A stretch of DNA of 62,279 bases, the filler included, from Dimargaris cristalligena (Eukaryota), in the NCBI GenBank assembly GCA_003614675.1. It is 7 parts of 7 records of this genome, joined end to end, with 100 filler letters (N's around TTAATTAATTAA, not from the genome) between each part and the next. Parts side by side here need not be neighbours in the genome. Positions count along the whole stretch, not along the records: positions 53,490 to 62,279 come from ML003307.1; 6 more parts are not named here. One strand, 5' to 3'. How positions within the stretch are numbered: the stretch's first letter is position 1; every line of letters starts with the position of its first letter. Shown here piece after piece: positions 56,655 to 62,279 of this stretch. The position numbers were made by a program, and so were the translations under genes. The notes under the pieces were generated by a model. It was not told where the DNA came from. It made no database searches and was given only the letters and a program-made list of their open reading frames with translations.

Positions 56655-58284
56655 TATGTCTGATGCTGACTCGGGACCTAGTGGACACTCAACTTGTTGC
56701 AGGGATACAGCCAATTTCAACTCCACAGTGGTCCATGGTTTGGCAGAGCCAGGGGTTTGTTGTGAAGCAGAGGTGTGCTGTATATCCTTAATGTTCATAA
56801 GCAAGCTCATTTGTAGCTGAAACTGATGGACCATTCCATCTTATTCCCCACTGTATGCCATGACCCAGTGGCTATTGGAGTTCATTGCTGTAGCTTTGGC
56901 CCCGACTTTGGGTAGATCTTCATCATCAGGCATATCACTGTTGACAGTATTATCTTTGAGCACCTCAGTAGTGGATATGGAACTGTTTGCATCGTGAGGC
57001 CTAATGAACACTCTGGTGACAGTGTCCTTGCTCTATGAGTGGCATGTATTTAAACATGGCTACAACTGAAGAACTGATCCAAGTTCCTTAATAGAGGAAC
57101 ACTAATCAATAAACCTGGATAGGAGTGTGGAGGGTAGGCTATGCACCACCAGGGCCCCTTGGCAAGATCCCAATAATAATAGCTCAGTTGTATAGTCGAG
57201 AGCAAAAACCAATGGGTAGTGTAATCAAAGGGAGCACCATGTGGGCCATTATACTGAGGGCCAGGGCCGAGGCTAGGGTCAGACAGAACCACTGGGCAGG
57301 TCAATTGGGTACAGGGGAGAAAATAACAACCTGGTTGGGTTCATTCAAGGAAGTTTGGGCATTCAAGTCAAAGTTCTGTTGACCAAGGGCAATGGTGATT
57401 CAAAGACCACACCAATGGCTATCCTAGGGGGCTTAGGCGATAATATACCAGGGCCATGCCTCAGATGGTTCCACAGACCACACAGTCATCCTGACTAGAG
57501 GCCAGCATGGCATATCCGGCAATTTCTGGGAAAGACATTTATTCATACAACTCTATTTGTAATTTATCTCCCCCGACCATGGGTTTTCCTTGCCGGAAAA
57601 GCAGTTGGCTAGTTTTTTTATTCCGGTAAAGGGCTAGGAAGAGGGGAGGTCAAACAGTAACAGGCAGGGCCTCCATTATTCCCGGATCCCAGGTGTTCGA
57701 GTATGGCATCCTCGCAATTGAAACCTATCATGTCCGCAACGATATGCACTGGTCGAATTATAGGGGTATACCTCGCTGGATTTAAATGAGTAAAATCAAG
57801 TCTCGGTAGTTGGAGTCGTCTAAGTGAATGAGATAAGAATAAAGTGCACTATTTATAGCCCCTAAAATAACTTACGCGAGCCCTCCCGAAGTGCTCGAAC
57901 CATGCCCTAGTCGGCCACAGGACCAGCGAGTCGAGCTTTCTGGCTTGTTGGGCAATGGTCACCGTCCCCGAATTTGAGGGTGAGGGGCTGTCCGAGGAGG
58001 GGGATATGGGAGTTATAGTGCGCCGAGGGCAGCATAACCCAATCACGTGACCATATGTACCGAAATTACATTCACCTTTCTGGTAGTTAAGCTAATCGGG
58101 GAAAACCTGGAAGCCCACCCCACTGACATTATTTAACTGAGAGACACGATTAGCAAAAAAAATAGAGGTGGTATAGCTAGGAGATAAACCAGTAATTTGA
58201 CCAAACCGCTCTACTGCACCTGCCATAGGGAATGTATATTGTAGTCTGATAGCCCCAGACCTACCTGACCTCGCCACATATATA

Positions 58285-58427
58285 TGGGTGAGATCCAGCG
58301 TAGCTGTATAGGCGAGGGGGGTTTAAAATGTGTGTATGGGAAAATATATGGGAGATTCATTTTTAACTAGTAGTATCCTTCTCATCCAGCGGATTTTTTG
58401 GTATACAGCCTGATTGAACCCCTCCCA
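58285..58427 (-). mobile_element. MITE family A copy 7, 120 bp upstream of the eIF3i start codon
   Basis: Reverse match TGGGTGAGATCCAGCGTAGCTGTATA...TATACAGCCTGATTGAACCCCTCCCA. Confidence 0.8.
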
Positions 58428-58547
58428 TCTGAATCCCTTTCAATCCCCTCTTTCTCCTTGTGTTCCGTAACATTGCTCGTCCTTTCCGCCCTTGGCTCGT
58501 TTTTTTCCTTGTCTCCGCCTCCATACCTACCTACTAATCGAGAAACC

Positions 58548-59525
58548 ATGCGTCCCATCTTACTACAAGGTCACGAACGTGCCCTAACTCAGATCAAGTA
58601 CAACCGGGAGGGCGATCTCCTCTTCAGCGTCGCCAAGGATAATGTCATCAACGTCTGGTTCTCGCACAACGGTGAGCGGCTCGGTACTTACAATGGCCAT
58701 CAGGGTTCCATCTGGAGCGTGGACGTCAATTCCGATTCGTCGCTGTTGATCTCGGGTTCGGCCGATAACACCGCCCGTCTGTGGAATGTCGCCGACGGTC
58801 GCTTACTGCACACCTGGACCTCCAACACCGCTGTCAAGCGGGTGCAGTTCTCCGAAGACGACAAATACGTCCTAATGGTCACCGAACAGCGCATGGGTTT
58901 TCCCGGTACGATTCTGATTTTCGCTGTCGATCCCACCACCGCCGACCAGTCCGACGAGCCCCTTAACGTGATCATCCCCGAGCCCTCCAAGGCCACCGTG
59001 GCCGGCTGGGGCTACCTCAACAAATACATTGTCGTGGGCCACGAAAACGGCAACGTGAGCCTCTTCGACTGGAACACCGGCGAAGTACTCAAGTGCGTCG
59101 AAGACCACGAGGCGATCATTTCGGACCTTCAGTTCTCCACTGACCGGACCTACTTTATCACCAGTAGTAAGGATAAGACCGCCCGTATCTACGATTCCAA
59201 CACCCTCGAGTGCATCAAATCGTACCCGACCGATACCCCCCTCAACTCCGCCGTCATTGTGCCCGCCATTAAGGAGTTCGTCGTGGTGGGCGGTGGTCAA
59301 GAGGCCATGCAGGTCACCACCACCTCCCAGCGCCAGGGTAAATTCGAGTGTCGTTTCTTCCACAAGATCCATGAGGATGAGGTCGGTCGCGTGCGGGGGC
59401 ACTTCGGTCCCATTAACACCATTGCCTTCCACCCTGACGGCAAGAGCTTCTCCAGCGGGGGTGAAGATGGTTACGTTCGCGTCCACCACTTCGATCCCGA
59501 CTACTATACGTTTAAGTACGAGTAA
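58548..59525 (+). CDS. TIF34: Eukaryotic translation initiation factor 3 subunit I (WD40)
   Basis: [27 protein letters not shown]...[29 protein letters not shown]. Confidence 0.97.
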   Translation: MRPILLQGHERALTQIKYNREGDLLFSVAKDNVINVWFSHNGERLGTYNGHQGSIWSVDVNSDSSLLISGSADNTARLWNVADGRLLHTWTSNTAVKRVQFSEDDKYVLMVTEQRMGFPGTILIFAVDPTTADQSDEPLNVIIPEPSKATVAGWGYLNKYIVVGHENGNVSLFDWNTGEVLKCVEDHEAIISDLQFSTDRTYFITSSKDKTARIYDSNTLECIKSYPTDTPLNSAVIVPAIKEFVVVGGGQEAMQVTTTSQRQGKFECRFFHKIHEDEVGRVRGHFGPINTIAFHPDGKSFSSGGEDGYVRVHHFDPDYYTFKYE

Positions 59526-60199
59526 ATGCGTATGTTCCCGCTTCTTTTCCTCAAAAACCCAGTACTTTGTCTTTCGGCCCTCTTCCTTTCGTTACCTCTG
59601 GTTTGTAACCACATCACCCGGGACCCACTCCCTGGTATCTTTGGTTTAGTTCTACTTGTGCATTTCTTTTTTTTTTACCTAGGAAATAAATACAGTTTAT
59701 AAACGGTAGAAATAAGCTAGCAATCGCCGTGATAGATGGGTTGGATAATTTCTTCATTATTACCAAGAATAATCTGCGAGAAACTCCGATACGTGATATC
59801 CGATCGCGAGTGACGGGTAAGTTAGGAAACGGATGAAGTACGCGTGTTTGGATGGGAAAACTCAGCTCCGTCCCCCCCCCCTGCGAACATCAGTATCGTG
59901 TTTTCACCATTTGATAGTATTATATATAATCACTGTATCCTATGCTGTAAGATGTCGTGCTAACCTCACTGACCCAGTTGTTGATTTCCGAAAAGCGCCG
60001 AGTACTAATAGAGACTGCTCATAATTAAATATACAAATGGAAAATATGAAAAAGCAGGTGGAGGCACAAATGGACCATAGTAGAAAATACCAATGGCTCC
60101 GTAAACTAAATATAGAAAATCAGCCAACTTAATTGACTAAATCGTTAAATAAAATGCAATGCATGGTCTCCCATGTTTCAACCAGGGATTGATTTGGCC

Positions 60200-61140
60200 A
60201 ACCAGACAATAGGCAATGTATCGTATACCGTCCCATCCATCCGGGAAAGGCCCAACTTGTCAAACGTTACAGTTCGAGACCTCACAATTTTAGTCCTCCA
60301 AAATGAAGTAATTCCCGGGCACCTTCTGCTCCCCATCTTTTAAAAAATCAAGCTTGTTGATACGTGAACACGGTAGAAGGTGATGTCCAATGAGGTCAGG
60401 AACCTGCCTATACCAATGAACAAGAACTAGGGCTCTTGGCGGTAACTTCGAAAGACGGGGTGTCACCGTAGACGACTGCGCAGTCGGCCAGATAAGGGAT
60501 CATGGCGAAATCGTGCTCAACAATGAAGGCGGTTCTGTTGGCATGCAGTATGAACCGCTTGATGCCCTTAGCAGCTACAATACACTGTTCGGAGTCCATA
60601 TAGGCACTAGACTCACCTATTTTTTGAATCTCGGCGGGCCGACTCGGGATTAGGGCAACGGTCACGCACTGCAACTGAAGCTCGGACATGTTCTGGAACT
60701 ACAGGCTGATCTTCACGGTCCCTAGCGTTCTCGACCAGGCGGAAAGTCAGGGATTCTTCATGAAAGCGCAGGTTTTTTTTTGGGGGGGGATTAGACCATT
60801 GCAGAAAACATTGACACCTTCGCTGACACTGAAGGGCATAGTCACAACAGTGTAGACCGACGGCCGGCCTTAGAGCAAAAATAAAATCAGACAGCTAACT
60901 CAGGACAATTAAATCGTGATTGGCCACAATAACGTCACAGTTGATTCAAAAAAACCAGTGTCTTTGTTAAATTGGAAATTCATTTGACTACATCCGATAA
61001 GCTGTCGTCACGCTCGATAGGTTCGTGCGTGTACCACCGAGTACACCTAGGTCTCGAATGATAAAACCAGGTGAATGACATGGCTTTCAATAGATTTTAC
61101 AATTAATGTTATCGGTCGCAAGAGCCCGCATCACCTGCAG
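60200..61140 (-). pseudogene. RLI1: ABCE1/RLI1 pseudogene (frameshifts, stops, internal deletions)
   Basis: Fragments ..NHDLIVLS*LSDF..VVTMPFSVSEGVNVF..NLRFHEESLTFRL.. and SAYMDSEQCIVAAKGIKRFILHANRTAFIVEHDFAMIPYLAD correspond to ABCE1 motifs, but the intervening sequence is missing. Boundaries are approximate. Confidence 0.85.
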
Positions 61141-61192
61141 ATGAGCCAAGTGCCGCGTGTATTTTGGCGATTTACAATCGGCTAGAAGCATA

Positions 61193-61330
61193 TGGGAGAA
61201 GTTCATCCAAGCTGTATAACGAAAAATCCATTAGATTCGGCCAATATTACTAGTTAAAAATACATTTCCCATACATTTTCCCATACACGTATAATTGAAA
61301 CCCTTATATAGCTGGGCCGAATTTTACCCA
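61193..61330 (+). mobile_element. MITE family A copy 8 (closest to copy 1)
   Basis: TA|TGGGAGAAGTTCATCCAAGCTGTATAACGAAAAATCCATTAGATTCGGCC...GAATTTTACCCA|TA. Confidence 0.88.
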
Positions 61331-62279
61331 TATGTATATTAGATGCCAAAGTCAGTAAGCAATACCAGCTAAACAAAGCTGCATTGTTTTCCTAAACCGA
61401 CACCTACGTTTATACCCAGAAAAGGCTACTCTTACGAAAATATCCTATATAAAAAATTTGAAGGGAATACGGCATAACTTCAAGTAAATCATTACAAAGG
61501 TCTTGTTCATTAACAAGAATACTTAGTTTCGATGGGCCGGAACTACAGAATATATTAGTTACCTATAGATGGCCCAATTTTGGAGTCCCACAAATAAACC
61601 ACTCCACCTCGACTTGGGCCACAATAATAGCGACATTACGGACTAGGCAGGAAAGTGGAAATGGTGAGTATATGAGAGAGGCTCAATCGAATAGTGTAAC
61701 AAAACATCCACTTTGCGAGGCCAACCAGGTTGGTTAAAACCACACATCCCGCCTTTTCCTTTGTTTACCCTTATCGAAAGATTTTTCATACAGTTGGGTT
61801 AAGTTTTACAGCTGTTAATTGAACCGGGAATGCCGAGAAATATGATATCCCTTGAACTAGGAGGTGATGGGTAATGCTGGTTGGTTTGGGTTACAGCCAA
61901 CGGGCGTAAATTCACTCGTCCATTTGGCAGCTACACCAGCCACTGTTCTGGTCAAGTGATCCATTGGAATACAACATCAAAAAGCTTGGCTTTGCCCATT
62001 CGCCGTGAATAGCTTGGCATCCCACCTGCACTGCTCTCTGCTGTATCACTCCAATAATGAATGGCTTTTTCCTCTTATCACCTTGGCTTGTGCAATCGGT
62101 TGGTAGCATAGACATGGTGATTAGTTAGTATTAATCCGACATCCCTCTCAAATACATATTGGGGTTGATAAGAACTAGTGGCTAGTTCTGATTACTATAA
62201 TAAAGCATTTTTCCATAACAACGAGGAAATGTAAATGAATAGTTTCACAAGTGGTAATACAATCCTTCCATGTGAAACC

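Larger units (their letters stand above)
54260..57560. other. CpG-depleted degenerate region (decayed TE/pseudogene fragments with in-frame stops)
   Basis: Very few CG dinucleotides. Minus-strand reading frames are interrupted by stops (e.g. 54550-54990). No family recognised. Confidence 0.45.

Overview
Eukaryotic, early-diverging fungal DNA. Zoopagomycota/Kickxellomycotina (Dimargaris-like) is my inference from gene content and style and is not verified. The window is seven unrelated ~8.7-8.9 kb contigs joined by artificial 100-nt N/TTAATTAATTAA spacers, so no synteny can be read across the spacers. Recognisable genes: a cytochrome b5 (Irc21-like) protein, a LIM-domain protein, a SMIM13-like membrane protein, a SMYD methyltransferase, kinetochore Nsl1/Mis14 and CENP-Q, FKS glucan synthase, EF1-alpha, RPA190, MGM1, INTS2, eIF3i, two truncated tRNAs and an ABCE1/RLI1 pseudogene. 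Most interesting observations: (1) a signal-peptide + F-box protein (candidate effector); (2) a tandemly duplicated, spliced ~44-aa micro-protein gene under purifying selection that the ORF track does not resolve; (3) a spliced 3' gene end resembling the PLK4 polo-box 3; (4) solo LTRs carrying RIP-like CpA/CpG transitions; (5) a ~140-bp MITE family with 8 copies; (6) a structured 5'UTR intron in EF1-alpha. All homology calls come from motif recognition by eye, not from database searches.
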